Source: Desulfonatronospira sp.
Lineage (GTDB): Bacteria; Desulfobacterota; Desulfovibrionia; Desulfovibrionales; Desulfonatronovibrionaceae
Assembly (NCBI GenBank): GCA_007125075.1
Contig: SLDX01000001.1
Coordinates: 16,539 to 80,538 of the forward strand
Direction of reading: 5' to 3'
Length of the DNA: 64,000 nucleotides
Below are positions 1-9,471 of the stretch, piece by piece. Under the pieces are notes generated by a model that was not told where the DNA came from, did no database searches, and saw nothing but the letters and a program-made list of their open reading frames with translations. The position numbers and the translations under genes are program-made. The stretch's first letter is position 1. Every line of letters begins with the position of its first letter.

Positions 1-1657
1 TCATGCGTTCCTGAGCCTCTGAAAGCAGGATCTCCCAGGGCTTCAGTCCGTCGTACTTAAGCGGAGCCAGGCTCAGATCCAGGTCGCAGCCTCCGCTGTC
101 CTGAGCCATTTCCCCGACTGAAGAGGACAGTCCCCCGGCGCCGTTGTCGGTGATGGCATTATAAAGCCCCAGGTCCCTGGCCCGGATAATGAAGTCATAC
201 ATCTTGCGCTGGGTTATGGGATCGCCGATCTGAACCGCGGTTGCCGGGGATCCTGCATGCAGCTCTTCCGAGGAGAAGGTGGCTCCGTGGATGCCGTCCT
301 TGCCTATGCGCCCCCCGGTCATGACGATCTGATCTCCGGACAGGGCCTTTTTGTAATAGCCCGGCCTGTCACCCACTCTGGCCGGAATGCTTCCTATTGT
401 GCCGCAGAAGACCAGAGGCTTGCCCAGGAACCTTGGTTCAAAGACAACCGCCCCATTAACCGTGGGTATGCCTGATTTGTTCCCCCCGTGCTCCACGCCT
501 TCACGGACGCCCTCCATGACCCGGCGGGGATGCAGAAGCCTGGGAGGCAGGGGCTGATCATGAAACGGTGAGGCAAAACAGAAGACATCAGTGTTGCACA
601 AAAGGTTGGCCCCCATTCCTGTGCCCATGGGATCGCGGTTTACTCCGACTATCCCGGTCAGAGCGCCTCCGTAAGGGTCCAGGGCGGAAGGGCTGTTGTG
701 GGTCTCAACCTTGATGCACACGTCCAGATCCCGGTCAAAGGCAATGACTCCGGCATTATCCTTGAAGACCGAGCGGCAGAAGTCATGCTCCTTTTTCTGC
801 CTGCGGATGTTCCTGGTGCTTGAGGCGATGTAGGTGTCAAAGAGGCTTTGAATATTAAATCTGCGTCCGGTTTCCGAATTGAAGTAATCTATGCGGGCAT
901 TGAAAATTTTGTGTTTGCAGTGCTCAGACCAGGTCTGGGCCAGACACTCCAGTTCCACATCCGTGGGCTGTCCGGGAAGGCCCGTTTTTTTTCTCTGCTC
1001 GCGGACGCTGCCCTCCTGATAGTACCTGAGAATAGTGCGCATCTCATCCAGGCTGAGAGCCAGAACCATTTCCCGGCTGAGCTCCATGAGCCTTTCGTCG
1101 CTTAAGCCCTCCAGATTGATCGTCTTTACTTCATCGCTGGGCAGGCCGGTCACCTTCGGTTCAGCCGGAGCAAAGCCAGGAGACTTGATCCAGGAGCTGT
1201 GGTCCCTGACTTCAAAACGCTGAATAAGCTCATTGGCCAGCAGATCTCTGGCTATTCTGACCGCCTGATCCATGTTCAGCTCAGCCCGGATCAGGTATTG
1301 CCTGCTGGTGTAGACCTGTACGTCCGGGCCCGGGCTGTCCAGAGCCTGACACAGAGTTCTGCTTGCAGTACGGCCCTCGTTGTCGGTCACTCCGGGCTTG
1401 AAGCCCACCTCGATGATCCAGTCAAAATCCCTGGCCTGAGGAGCAAATGAAGGATGATGCAGGACAGGATCGAAAAGGATCTGTTTGTTCAGAATTTCCT
1501 GCTTTTGTTCCTGATCTATTCCGGAAATGGTGAAGCAGGTGATTATGCGCACATCTTTGACCACAAGTCCAAGATGCTGACTTATTTTTCTGGCCACGCC
1601 CTCACCCTGGACGTCTCTTACCCGGGGCCACAGGGCTAGTTCCAGCTTAACCGGCAT
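1..1657 (-). CDS. purL: Phosphoribosylformylglycinamidine synthase PurL (3' end runs off the window; absent from the ORF track)
   Basis: Manual translation from ATG at 1657 (RBS AGGAG): MPVKLELALWPRVRDVQGEG... through ...GATFSSEELHAGSPATAVQIGDPITQRKM...DNGAGGLSSSVGEMA...PWEILLSEAQERM. Frame is consistent down to base 2. Confidence 0.92.
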   Translation of the reverse strand, partial: MPVKLELALWPRVRDVQGEGVARKISQHLGLVVKDVRIITCFTISGIDQEQKQEILNKQILFDPVLHHPSFAPQARDFDWIIEVGFKPGVTDNEGRTASRTLCQALDSPGPDVQVYTSRQYLIRAELNMDQAVRIARDLLANELIQRFEVRDHSSWIKSPGFAPAEPKVTGLPSDEVKTINLEGLSDERLMELSREMVLALSLDEMRTILRYYQEGSVREQRKKTGLPGQPTDVELECLAQTWSEHCKHKIFNARIDYFNSETGRRFNIQSLFDTYIASSTRNIRRQKKEHDFCRSVFKDNAGVIAFDRDLDVCIKVETHNSPSALDPYGGALTGIVGVNRDPMGTGMGANLLCNTDVFCFASPFHDQPLPPRLLHPRRVMEGVREGVEHGGNKSGIPTVNGAVVFEPRFLGKPLVFCGTIGSIPARVGDRPGYYKKALSGDQIVMTGGRIGKDGIHGATFSSEELHAGSPATAVQIGDPITQRKMYDFIIRARDLGLYNAITDNGAGGLSSSVGEMAQDSGGCDLDLSLAPLKYDGLKPWEILLSEAQERM

Positions 1658-1676
1658 ATCTGCTCCTTTGCCAATC

Positions 1677-2654
1677 CTAAAATTTTCTGCTCCTGACAAC
1701 CTCTATGATCTCCTCCAGAAGCATTTTTTCTTTTCTTTCCGGAAACAGGCGCAGAGCCTGTGCGGCCAGGTCCAGATAGTTTCCGGCCTCTTCCCGGACC
1801 TCCAGGTGCAGGCCCATGCTCTGGATATTCAGGATAATCTCCTTCATTTCCTCATCGCGCAGCTCATCAGCGGTGATTTTTTCAAGCAGCTCCTGCCTTT
1901 TGCCGTCGTCCACGGACTTTAGATACAATATAAGGGGCAGGGTCATCTTTCCCTCCCGCAGGTCTCCACCCAGGGGTTTGCCCAAAAGACCGCTGTCCGC
2001 GTCATAATCCAGAGCGTCATCAACCAGCTGAAAGGCCATGCCCACATTCAGACCGAAACCTGCGGCCTGCTCCAGCATCTGTCTGTCCGCCCCGGCCAGC
2101 ATGGCCCCGCAGCAGCATGCGGCCCGGATCAGGTCAGCGGTTTTCAAGCGTACAATTTCTAAATAAACATTTCTGTCTGTTTTGGGTCTGCGCAACTGCG
2201 CGATTTCTTCCACCTCTCCCGCGGCGGTGTTCATAATCGCTTCAGCCACACAGTAATTCATGGAGGGAATATCGTACCTGGCCACGATCTTATTGGCCAG
2301 GGCCAGCAGAGCGTCTCCGGCGAGCACGGTGCGATGCAGCCCGAATATAAGGTGTGCTGTCTGACGTCCCCTGCGCAAATCCGCGTTGTCCAGAATATCA
2401 TCATGGATCAGTGTGGCTGAGTGCAGCAGTTCCAGGGAGCAGGCCAGGGGATAGACATCATCTCCGGCGTATCCCAGACATCTTGCGGATAGAATGGTCA
2501 GCATGGGCCGAAGCCGCTTTCCTCCAGCCATAAGGACATGCTCAGCCACTTCCCTGACCAGTGGATTCAGCTCGGCCAGTTCCCGGTAGAGGGAAGCATT
2601 GACCAGGGGCAGTTCCTCATAAAAGAAATCTCTTATTTTGCTCATCTTGTCCAA
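1677..2654 (-). CDS. ispB: Polyprenyl diphosphate synthase (octaprenyl/heptaprenyl type)
   Basis: GGKRLRP, LIHDDILDNADLRRG and FQLVDDALD (two DDxxD motifs); downstream of menaquinone genes. Confidence 0.9.
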   Translation of the reverse strand: MDKMSKIRDFFYEELPLVNASLYRELAELNPLVREVAEHVLMAGGKRLRPMLTILSARCLGYAGDDVYPLACSLELLHSATLIHDDILDNADLRRGRQTAHLIFGLHRTVLAGDALLALANKIVARYDIPSMNYCVAEAIMNTAAGEVEEIAQLRRPKTDRNVYLEIVRLKTADLIRAACCCGAMLAGADRQMLEQAAGFGLNVGMAFQLVDDALDYDADSGLLGKPLGGDLREGKMTLPLILYLKSVDDGKRQELLEKITADELRDEEMKEIILNIQSMGLHLEVREEAGNYLDLAAQALRLFPERKEKMLLEEIIEVVRSRKF

Positions 2655-2693
2655 GATCCATTATTCCGCGGTTCTCATTATCTTTACTGCAGA

Positions 2694-3506
2694 CTATCGC
2701 GCAGCGCGTTTAAGAACTCTCAGGGCTTCCAGGGCCTGTTGCCCGTACCTGCCCATATCCCTGGTATACTCGTTTACGTAAGCCTGAATATGTCTGTCAA
2801 TCACTTTCGGATCGAGCTCCTGGGCCAGATGGACAACCAGGGGCATGATGCGGGAACTTTTCTCTCCGCCCGTATCCAGGCTCGCGCGGATCTGCTCCTC
2901 CACCCGGGATTTCAGGCCGGGCTCCTGGCCTTTGCGCATCACCACGCAGCCCAGGGGCAAGGGCAATCCTGAAGTTCTTTCAACCCACCAGCGTCCAAGG
3001 TCAAGGACCATATCCAGATTATATTCCCGGTAGAGCAGGGCGGTTTCATGAATTAGCAGCCCGGCCTCGGCCTGTCCGGCAAAAACACTGTCCACTATGC
3101 GGTTGAAAGGCACGGGCAGGGGTTCAAAATCATAATCAAGAGCAGAGCGCAACAGGGTGAAGGCCGTGGTCTGCAGACCCGGCACTGCAATTTTTTGCGG
3201 TTTCTTTCCAAGACCTCTTCTGGAAACCAGTTTCGGCCCGTGCTCCAGTCCAAATGCGCCACCAGCGGATAAAATATCGCAGGTCTCTTCCAGATCCAGA
3301 GCCTGGCTTGCCGAGACCTTGATCGCCCGGCACTTTCCCTGTACCGCCCATCGATTGAGAACATCGATGTCCTGCCAGAAAAATCTGGTTCTTAAGCCCT
3401 CAAGATCAGGAATAAGCCCCATCACCCAGGCGCTGAAGATAAAACTGTCATTGGGACAAGGAGATATGGCCACATTTATGGTCTCAGCCGCGGAATGAGC
3501 ACTCAC
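2694..3506 (-). CDS. mqnD: 1,4-dihydroxy-6-naphthoate synthase (futalosine pathway)
   Basis: SPCPNDSFIF, PGLQTTA, GLLIHE and GLPLPLG motifs. Start moved to GTG at 3506, which overlaps the mqnB stop (GTGA). Confidence 0.88.
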   Translation of the reverse strand: MSAHSAAETINVAISPCPNDSFIFSAWVMGLIPDLEGLRTRFFWQDIDVLNRWAVQGKCRAIKVSASQALDLEETCDILSAGGAFGLEHGPKLVSRRGLGKKPQKIAVPGLQTTAFTLLRSALDYDFEPLPVPFNRIVDSVFAGQAEAGLLIHETALLYREYNLDMVLDLGRWWVERTSGLPLPLGCVVMRKGQEPGLKSRVEEQIRASLDTGGEKSSRIMPLVVHLAQELDPKVIDRHIQAYVNEYTRDMGRYGQQALEALRVLKRAAR

Positions 3507-4225
3507 CGCATCTCCTTTTTTCTTTTCCACAGTCTGTCCCAGGTCCTGCCCAGAGATGCGAACGCCGCCTTGAGATTCCAGTCGCTTCCGGCCCTTGATC
3601 CGGCAAGGTTGGAAATGGTGCGGATTTCCACAAAGGGAACTCCGTGCACGCGGCACACATAAGCAAGAGCAAAGCCCTCCATGTTTTCCATGTCCGCCCG
3701 GTAGCCCTGCGCAAGCCTGCGCGCCAGTGCGACACTGCCGCTTACTCCGGATACGCTCAAAGACACAGCCCGGTTCCAGGGAGCATCCGGGCCAAGATGC
3801 AGGATGTCCTTAAAGCCGCTCAGTTCTTCGGCGTCAAGATCTATCCTGTTCCACAGGGCACTTTTGCCCCGGCCAAGCAAAGGAAAGCCCAGAGCACGCA
3901 CATCCACATGCGCATCACCCGTCCTTATCCCGTATTCCGGCCAGATCTCCGCTTTGGCTCTGCAAACAGAGCCCAAAGGATACTCTTCGAGATCATAGCT
4001 TCCGGCTATGCCCACATTGATCACCAGCTCGACACCGGAACCAGAGAGCAGCAAACGCTGCAGCCCAAGAGCGGCATTAAGCGGGCCGAGTCCGCAGACC
4101 AGAAAGCCCACCCTGCACCCGCAGTATACTGCAGCCTGCCTCAACCCGGATTTAAAATCAAATCCTTCATTGCCGGGGCAGAAATGCTCAAGCTCCCTGG
4201 CGGTAGCAGCCGCAAACAGAATCAT
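3503..4225 (-). CDS. mqnB: Futalosine hydrolase (MTA/SAH nucleosidase fold)
   Basis: GLGPLNAA, INVGIAGSY, ENMEGFA and EIRTISN motifs; translationally coupled to mqnD. Confidence 0.85.
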   Translation of the reverse strand: MILFAAATARELEHFCPGNEGFDFKSGLRQAAVYCGCRVGFLVCGLGPLNAALGLQRLLLSGSGVELVINVGIAGSYDLEEYPLGSVCRAKAEIWPEYGIRTGDAHVDVRALGFPLLGRGKSALWNRIDLDAEELSGFKDILHLGPDAPWNRAVSLSVSGVSGSVALARRLAQGYRADMENMEGFALAYVCRVHGVPFVEIRTISNLAGSRAGSDWNLKAAFASLGRTWDRLWKRKKEMR

Positions 4226-4318
4226 GCGCCCGGGCTCCTGAGGCTGGCAACTACTGCGGGCAGGCGCTGCTTTTTCATTGTGTAGACTTTGAACAGGTGT
4301 TCTTGTATGGTATAAAGC

Positions 4319-4519
4319 ATGCAGTTAGACCTGACTCTTTTATTGAGCGCCCTCGGGCTGGCCTTTATCCTTGAAAGCATTCCTTACTTTCTGTTCCCGG
4401 AAAAGATGCCCGGCATCCTGAACACACTGGCCGGACAGCCTCCTTCCAGTCTGCGCCGGCTGGGCCTTGCCGGTCTTCTGCTGGGGATTCTGGTCATCTA
4501 TCTGGGCCAGAGACTTTAG
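4319..4519 (+). CDS. DUF2065-like small membrane protein
   Basis: LGLAFILESIPYFLFPEK...LRRLGL pattern with two hydrophobic helices. Confidence 0.7.
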   Translation: MQLDLTLLLSALGLAFILESIPYFLFPEKMPGILNTLAGQPPSSLRRLGLAGLLLGILVIYLGQRL

Positions 4520-5222
4520 GGTTCTTTTTCCTGGCCACGTGTACATAAACTATCCCGGAGCTCATAGGATAACAAAAAAATCCCGAAAAACCGGCTTCGA
4601 GCAGTTCCTGACCCAGTCTGTCCTCATCCGGAAAATCAGCGATCGTCTGCGCCAGATAGGTGTATGCTTCCCGGTCCTTTGAAAAAAGCCTGCCGATTAA
4701 TGGAAGAATACGGAACAGGTAAAAATTGTAAAGTCCGCCCCAGATTCTTTTTCTCCCGGTGCCGAACTCCAGAATACACAGGCGCCCCCCGTGCCTGAGC
4801 ACCCGCAGAATCTCCTCATAAGCCTGCCTGCGCGGAACAATGTTTCGAATGCCGAAGGCAATGCTCACACAGTCAACGCTTTCATCCTGCAGGGGCAGAA
4901 GACATCCGTCAGCCTGCACTGCATGCATGCGCATGCTGAACAGCGGGCTCAGCTTCTGCCTGCCCCTGACCAGCATGGGCAGAGTCAGGTCCGCAGCCAG
5001 CACGGTCCGCCCGGGAGCAGCGCGCAGAATGTCCCTGGTCACATCCATGGTCCCGGCAGCCAGATCAAGAGCCAGTCCGTTTTCCGGAACACGGACATGA
5101 CTGACCAGTCTGCGCCTCCAGCAGACATCCTGACCCAGGCTCAAAAAATGGTTCAGGAAATCGTACCAGGGCACGATGCTGCTGAAATAGCCGGCTACTT
5201 TCCGGCTGTGCTCCCCATGCAT
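4494..5222 (-). CDS. menG: Demethylmenaquinone methyltransferase (UbiE/MenG)
   Basis: YDFLNHFLSLGQD, LDLAAGTMD, SIAFGIRN and AYTYLAQTI motifs. Confidence 0.88.
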   Translation of the reverse strand: MHGEHSRKVAGYFSSIVPWYDFLNHFLSLGQDVCWRRRLVSHVRVPENGLALDLAAGTMDVTRDILRAAPGRTVLAADLTLPMLVRGRQKLSPLFSMRMHAVQADGCLLPLQDESVDCVSIAFGIRNIVPRRQAYEEILRVLRHGGRLCILEFGTGRKRIWGGLYNFYLFRILPLIGRLFSKDREAYTYLAQTIADFPDEDRLGQELLEAGFSGFFCYPMSSGIVYVHVARKKNPKVSGPDR

Positions 5223-5225
5223 GGG

Positions 5226-5402
5226 CTAACCGGCTTCTCCCGGCTCTGATTGTTCTTCGTGTGCTTTGATGGTGGCCAGGACTTCTTTGTATATGGGTGC
5301 AAAAAACTCATGGAAATTGCCCGGCGAAATACGGCCCACCTCAATAAACTTGACCACTATCTCCTTGGTCACCTGTATGGCCTGCTTCTGTGCCTGGTCC
5401 AT
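5226..5402 (-). CDS. 58-aa conserved-looking hypothetical protein (below the ORF-track cutoff)
   Basis: MDQAQKQAIQVTKEIVVKFIEVGRISPGNFHEFFAPIYKEVLATIKAHEEQSEPGEAG*, with GAGG upstream; stop is 3 nt before the menG ATG. Confidence 0.75.
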   Translation of the reverse strand: MDQAQKQAIQVTKEIVVKFIEVGRISPGNFHEFFAPIYKEVLATIKAHEEQSEPGEAG

Positions 5403-5569
5403 TTCTGCCTCTCATTCTGGTTGAAAAAAACCGCCCGGCGGGGAAATGGTTTTGACCAGACAAAACATCTTCCGGGCGGTCAAAAGGGAAAAACCGGCTA
5501 AGCACTCCCCTTTTGAAAATTTTTTTTGCATGTCTGGAAAAGGATTGAGCGTGGTTTGCGCCTGGCGGT

Positions 5570-5598
5570 AAAACTGGACGGCCTCTGAAAGACCGTCC
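5570..5598 (-). terminator. Probable intrinsic terminator after the 5617-6774 gene
   Basis: GGACGGTCT-TTCAG-AGGCCGTCC stem followed by AGTTTT on the minus strand. Confidence 0.55.
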
Positions 5599-5616
5599 GG
5601 GAAAGAAAAAATGTTT

Positions 5617-6774
5617 TCAGTCCTGTTTTTTTTCTTTCAGCAGGGCCATGATCTCTTCCCTTATTACCTGTGCGGCTGCTCCCGGGACGGTTCTTTGAAT
5701 ATGCTCCTCGAGTTCGTCCTTTATCCTGGAAAGCATGCCGGCCAGCTCATCTTTACCTGCAAAGCTCTGATGCAGGACTTCCAGCTTTTCCAGCAGTTCC
5801 GGATAGGTTTTGTTTTTTTCTTTAACATCGCCTATATCCCGGCTTAGAGAATCGAGCTTTTCAAGCATGTCTTTCTGTGTGTCCCGGGTCTTATCCAATT
5901 CTTCAGTCAAAGACTTTTTTTCCTTTTCCCAGGTTGAAAGGACCTCCTCAATCCTGGCCTCATGACTTAGTGTGAGGTCCTGCATCAATTTATCGAATCT
6001 CTCAGGCAAGCCCTGGTCTTGTTCACGGGACATGCTTTTCTTGATCAGCTCTGAATGCTCCAGGAACAGCTCCTCAAGAGCGTCAACCCTTGAATCCATC
6101 TGTTCAAGACCTTGACTCATCAATGCTGCTTCGGATCCGGTTTTTTCCAGAGCTTTTGCCAGGGACTGGTCGACAATATCCGGAACCAGCTCCTGAATAA
6201 AATTGAGCTGCGGACCTTTTTCTTCAACTATTTTGAGCACCCGCTGTTCCAGATCATCAATAATACCCTGCACCTGTTCCTTTGTGTGCTCAAGGCGCTC
6301 TTCCAGAGATTTGAGCCGGGCAATAACCTGCCGTGCGTGTGCTGAATCAGACTCTGAAGCTTTCTCCTCCTGTTCAAGCTCCGGCTCCTGGAATAAAGCC
6401 GCTTCCGGACCGACAACTTTTTCCGGGACAGTCTCCTCAACCCCGGTTACACCTTCCTCAAACAGGCTGTCCACCCGCTTTCCCCCGGAATGCTCGGCTT
6501 CGTCCGGCTGTATGTCATCCTTGCGTTCATCCTCATCCCTGAACAGATCCTCGAATTCGCTGTCCAGATCTGCATCCTGAGCGGCAGGGCCGGAACCCCT
6601 GTGGGGTCCCAGATTGTCAAAAAGATCCTTCAGTTCTTCGTCTAAAGTATTGTTTTGCTCCGGGGTATCTTTTGCGGCAAGCTCTATTTTCCGCGCATCC
6701 CCTTCCTCAACGACTTCGGTAAGATCTATGATCTCTTTTTCTTTATTTCGGATTTTATCTTTTTCTGAAGCCAT
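5617..6774 (-). CDS. Acidic, low-complexity N-terminal / coiled-coil C-terminal hypothetical protein (PopZ-like architecture, tentative)
   Basis: 385-aa ORF with IIDLTEVV near the N-terminus, a D/E/P-rich tract, heptad-rich helices and a C-terminal VPGAAAQVIREEI. Confidence 0.75.
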   Translation of the reverse strand: MASEKDKIRNKEKEIIDLTEVVEEGDARKIELAAKDTPEQNNTLDEELKDLFDNLGPHRGSGPAAQDADLDSEFEDLFRDEDERKDDIQPDEAEHSGGKRVDSLFEEGVTGVEETVPEKVVGPEAALFQEPELEQEEKASESDSAHARQVIARLKSLEERLEHTKEQVQGIIDDLEQRVLKIVEEKGPQLNFIQELVPDIVDQSLAKALEKTGSEAALMSQGLEQMDSRVDALEELFLEHSELIKKSMSREQDQGLPERFDKLMQDLTLSHEARIEEVLSTWEKEKKSLTEELDKTRDTQKDMLEKLDSLSRDIGDVKEKNKTYPELLEKLEVLHQSFAGKDELAGMLSRIKDELEEHIQRTVPGAAAQVIREEIMALLKEKKQD

Positions 6775-6976
6775 TTTTTCTCCCTTATTATCAGCTCTTT
6801 GCCGAAATGCCAGGCTCTTTTAATAATCTGGACCAGCAGCACTTGAATACTGTCTGTATAGCAAGGACAGGGATTGAACAGGACGGATAAAAAGATTTCA
6901 GCGCCGGAATCAAACAGTTCCTGACTCAAACCTACAACGTGCCTGTCTTCATAAACAGAAAAGCAAGCTTGCAGGC

Positions 6977-7001
6977 AAAAAGGGGGAGCCCTGCTCCCCC
7001 C
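6977..7001 (-). terminator. Intrinsic terminator after cytochrome c3
   Basis: GGGGGAGC-AGG-GCTCCCCC followed by TTTTT on the minus strand. Confidence 0.8.
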
Positions 7002-7022
7002 GCACCGGTTAAAAATTAAACA

Positions 7023-7490
7023 TTACTCATCACGGGGATGGCAGTCAGGGCATGCAGTGGGGCCGGAAGGCTCGCCAGCCCTGGCCAGATCCCGGTGACA
7101 ACCGGTCATGCACATATCATGATAGGCCTTGTAAAAATAACGGATGTCGCGTCTGTCCTGAGGCTCTTCTGCTACAGCCATATCGTGGCATCCTGCATCC
7201 ATACAGCCCTTGATTTCCTTTTCCCCGTCCCAGGTATGGTGACACTCGGTGCAGTCGAAATCTTCGTGCACGCTATGGGAAAAAGGCGAAGGGGCCTCTC
7301 TCATCTCGCCGTACTCCTCCGGAGCATAGAGCAGCATCTCATCTGGAAATGACCCATGCTTGTACTCCATGTCCTGATCTTTGTACTCATGCTGATAGGT
7401 CAGGCCGGCATACAGGGAAGGCAGTACCAGGAAGCCGACAATAAAAGCGCAGATCACACTGATGACAACGGATTTTTTCATACTCCTCAC
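7023..7490 (-). CDS. Acidic tetraheme cytochrome c3 (class III) with signal peptide
   Basis: FSHSVH plus four heme sites: CTECH(H), CMDAGCH, CMTGCH, CPDCH; hydrophobic N-terminus. Confidence 0.9.
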   Translation of the reverse strand: MRSMKKSVVISVICAFIVGFLVLPSLYAGLTYQHEYKDQDMEYKHGSFPDEMLLYAPEEYGEMREAPSPFSHSVHEDFDCTECHHTWDGEKEIKGCMDAGCHDMAVAEEPQDRRDIRYFYKAYHDMCMTGCHRDLARAGEPSGPTACPDCHPRDE

Positions 7491-7508
7491 ACCTCCTTCA
7501 TTGTGTTT

Positions 7509-7534
7509 TAGATTGTAACATAATGCACAATCTA
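7509..7534. promoter_or_regulatory. Palindromic operator (Rex-like) between the cytochrome c3 promoter and its RBS
   Basis: TAGATTGT-N10-ACAATCTA perfect 8-bp arms; the inner 18-mer TTGTGCATTATGTTACAA has 3 mismatches to TTGTGAA-N4-TTCACAA. Confidence 0.5.
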
Positions 7535-7540
7535 ATTATT

Positions 7541-7570
7541 TATATAAGACAGAAACATTTATACTGTCAA
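7541..7570 (-). promoter_or_regulatory. Probable sigma70 promoter of cytochrome c3
   Basis: TTGACA-18 nt-TATATA on the minus strand. Confidence 0.55.
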
Positions 7571-7595
7571 GCAGGACAGATTGTGTAAAACTGCT

Positions 7596-8864
7596 TTAAA
7601 AGCTGATCTTTTCAGCTGCTTCTAATGTACGGTCCCATTCCTTTTTCCCATGGGCAAAAGAATTAAATGCGCACTCAAAATTGGAAGGAGCCGGATAAAT
7701 ACCTTGTTCACGCATTCCCGAATAAAACCTGCAGAATATTTCCTGATCCGATTTTGCGGCTGAGGCGAAATCAACCACAGGCTCGGGCGTAAAAAACAAG
7801 GTAAATATGGAGCCAAGGACATTAAGCTGCACCTGCAGACCCTTTTGACTTAAAATATCTTTAAGGCCCAGAGCCAGATCCCTGGTCTTCTGCTCCAGAT
7901 AAGCATAATCCTGCTCCTGCAGGGCCTTTAAAGTGGCCAGTCCTGCAGTCATAGCCAGAGGATTTCCGGACAGGGTCCCGGCCTGGTAAACATCGCCCAC
8001 AGGGGCCACCTTGTGCATGATCTCCCTTTTTCCCCCATAAGCGCCCACAGGCATGCCCCCCCCGATGATCTTGCCCAGACAGGTCAGGTCGGGAACAACG
8101 TTGTAATAACCCTGAGCGCCTGAATAGGATAGCCTGAATCCGGTAATCACCTCATCAAATACAAGCAGTGCCCCGTATTCTTCGGTAATCCGGCGCAGAC
8201 CCTCCAGAAAGCCGGGTATGGGCGGCACCAGGCCCATATTTCCTGCTGCCGGCTCAACGAATATCGCGGCAATCTCTTCCCCGTGCCCGGCAAAAAGCTC
8301 CCTGACCTGCTCCAGATTGTTGTAGTCTGCCAGCAGTGTCTGGGAGACTACTTCCTGCGGAACTCCCGGAGTGCCCGGGATGCTTAAGGTGGCTGCACCT
8401 GATCCGGCACTGGCCAGAAAAGCGTCCACATGCCCGTGATAACAGCCCGTGAATTTGACCACCTTGGACCTGCCGGTGAATCCTCTGGCCAGCCGCAGAG
8501 CGGACATGGCGGCCTCTGTTCCGGAATTGACCATGCGCACCATATCCACCCCGGGCAAAGCCCGGACGATCTCCCTGGCCAGTTCAACTTCAGGGGCGCA
8601 CGGGGCTCCAAAACTGAGTCCATTCTGCAGGGCTCTTTCCAGTGCTTCTCTGACCCCTGGATGATTGTGCCCTAAGATCATCGGCCCCCAGGACATGACA
8701 TAATCAATGAACTCGTCTCCGTCCTGGGTGTATAGATAAGCTCCGTCGGCTCTGGAGATGAACAAAGGGGACATGCCTACGCTGCTGCATGCCCTGACCG
8801 GACTGTTCACTCCTCCCGGGATGAGTTCCCGGGCCTGATTGAAAAGATCCAGGGAATTACTCAT
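7596..8864 (-). CDS. hemL: Glutamate-1-semialdehyde 2,1-aminomutase
   Basis: [36 protein letters not shown] and GKIIGGG motifs. Confidence 0.96.
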   Translation of the reverse strand: MSNSLDLFNQARELIPGGVNSPVRACSSVGMSPLFISRADGAYLYTQDGDEFIDYVMSWGPMILGHNHPGVREALERALQNGLSFGAPCAPEVELAREIVRALPGVDMVRMVNSGTEAAMSALRLARGFTGRSKVVKFTGCYHGHVDAFLASAGSGAATLSIPGTPGVPQEVVSQTLLADYNNLEQVRELFAGHGEEIAAIFVEPAAGNMGLVPPIPGFLEGLRRITEEYGALLVFDEVITGFRLSYSGAQGYYNVVPDLTCLGKIIGGGMPVGAYGGKREIMHKVAPVGDVYQAGTLSGNPLAMTAGLATLKALQEQDYAYLEQKTRDLALGLKDILSQKGLQVQLNVLGSIFTLFFTPEPVVDFASAAKSDQEIFCRFYSGMREQGIYPAPSNFECAFNSFAHGKKEWDRTLEAAEKISF

Positions 8865-8906
8865 TGCAGACCTCCTATTCGGTCTTGGTGATTCGCGATA
8901 AATAAA

Positions 8907-9386
8907 TCAAAAATAGCACATGGAAGTCTTTTTCAGTTCTTTAATGCTGAAGAGCATTTCGTACTGATTTATTCCGGTTTCCACAGCCAGTTCCCGGACC
9001 ACACGGATACAATCCTCGGGGCTGCGGCCATGGATCATGGTATATAGATTGTAGGGCCAGTCCAGACAACTGGCTCTTTCGTAACAATGGGTAATCTCAG
9101 TACGCCCGGCCATGATCTCTCCTACGGCCTGCATATCCCGGCCGTCCTCCACATGCCAGGCAACCATGGCATTGTATCCGTATCCGGCCTGCTGGTGTCT
9201 CAAGGTGGCGCCGAATCTGCGGATATACCCTTTTTCCCTTACGCGGCGCAGCAGATTCAGGACTTCCTGTTCGCTTAACCGGGTCAAACCGGCGATCCTG
9301 GCGAAAGGGGTCTCTGAATCGGGCAGGTCGGCCTGAACAATGCGCAAGACCTCTTTTTCCTGCTCGGTGAATTCTACAGGGCTCAT
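8907..9386 (-). CDS. ahbB: Siroheme decarboxylase subunit (AsnC/Lrp-like, AhbB/NirH type)
   Basis: IRRFGATLRHQQAG, NAMVAW, ITHCYER and WPYNLYTMIHG; co-oriented with hemL. Confidence 0.8.
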   Translation of the reverse strand: MSPVEFTEQEKEVLRIVQADLPDSETPFARIAGLTRLSEQEVLNLLRRVREKGYIRRFGATLRHQQAGYGYNAMVAWHVEDGRDMQAVGEIMAGRTEITHCYERASCLDWPYNLYTMIHGRSPEDCIRVVRELAVETGINQYEMLFSIKELKKTSMCYF

Positions 9387-9471
9387 TTGCTTCCTTCTTA
9401 GAATACAATATTCTATTTCATTTTTTTCTGCTTAAAACCTAGCTGTTTTTCAGGGCAGAAGCAAGCCCTGC

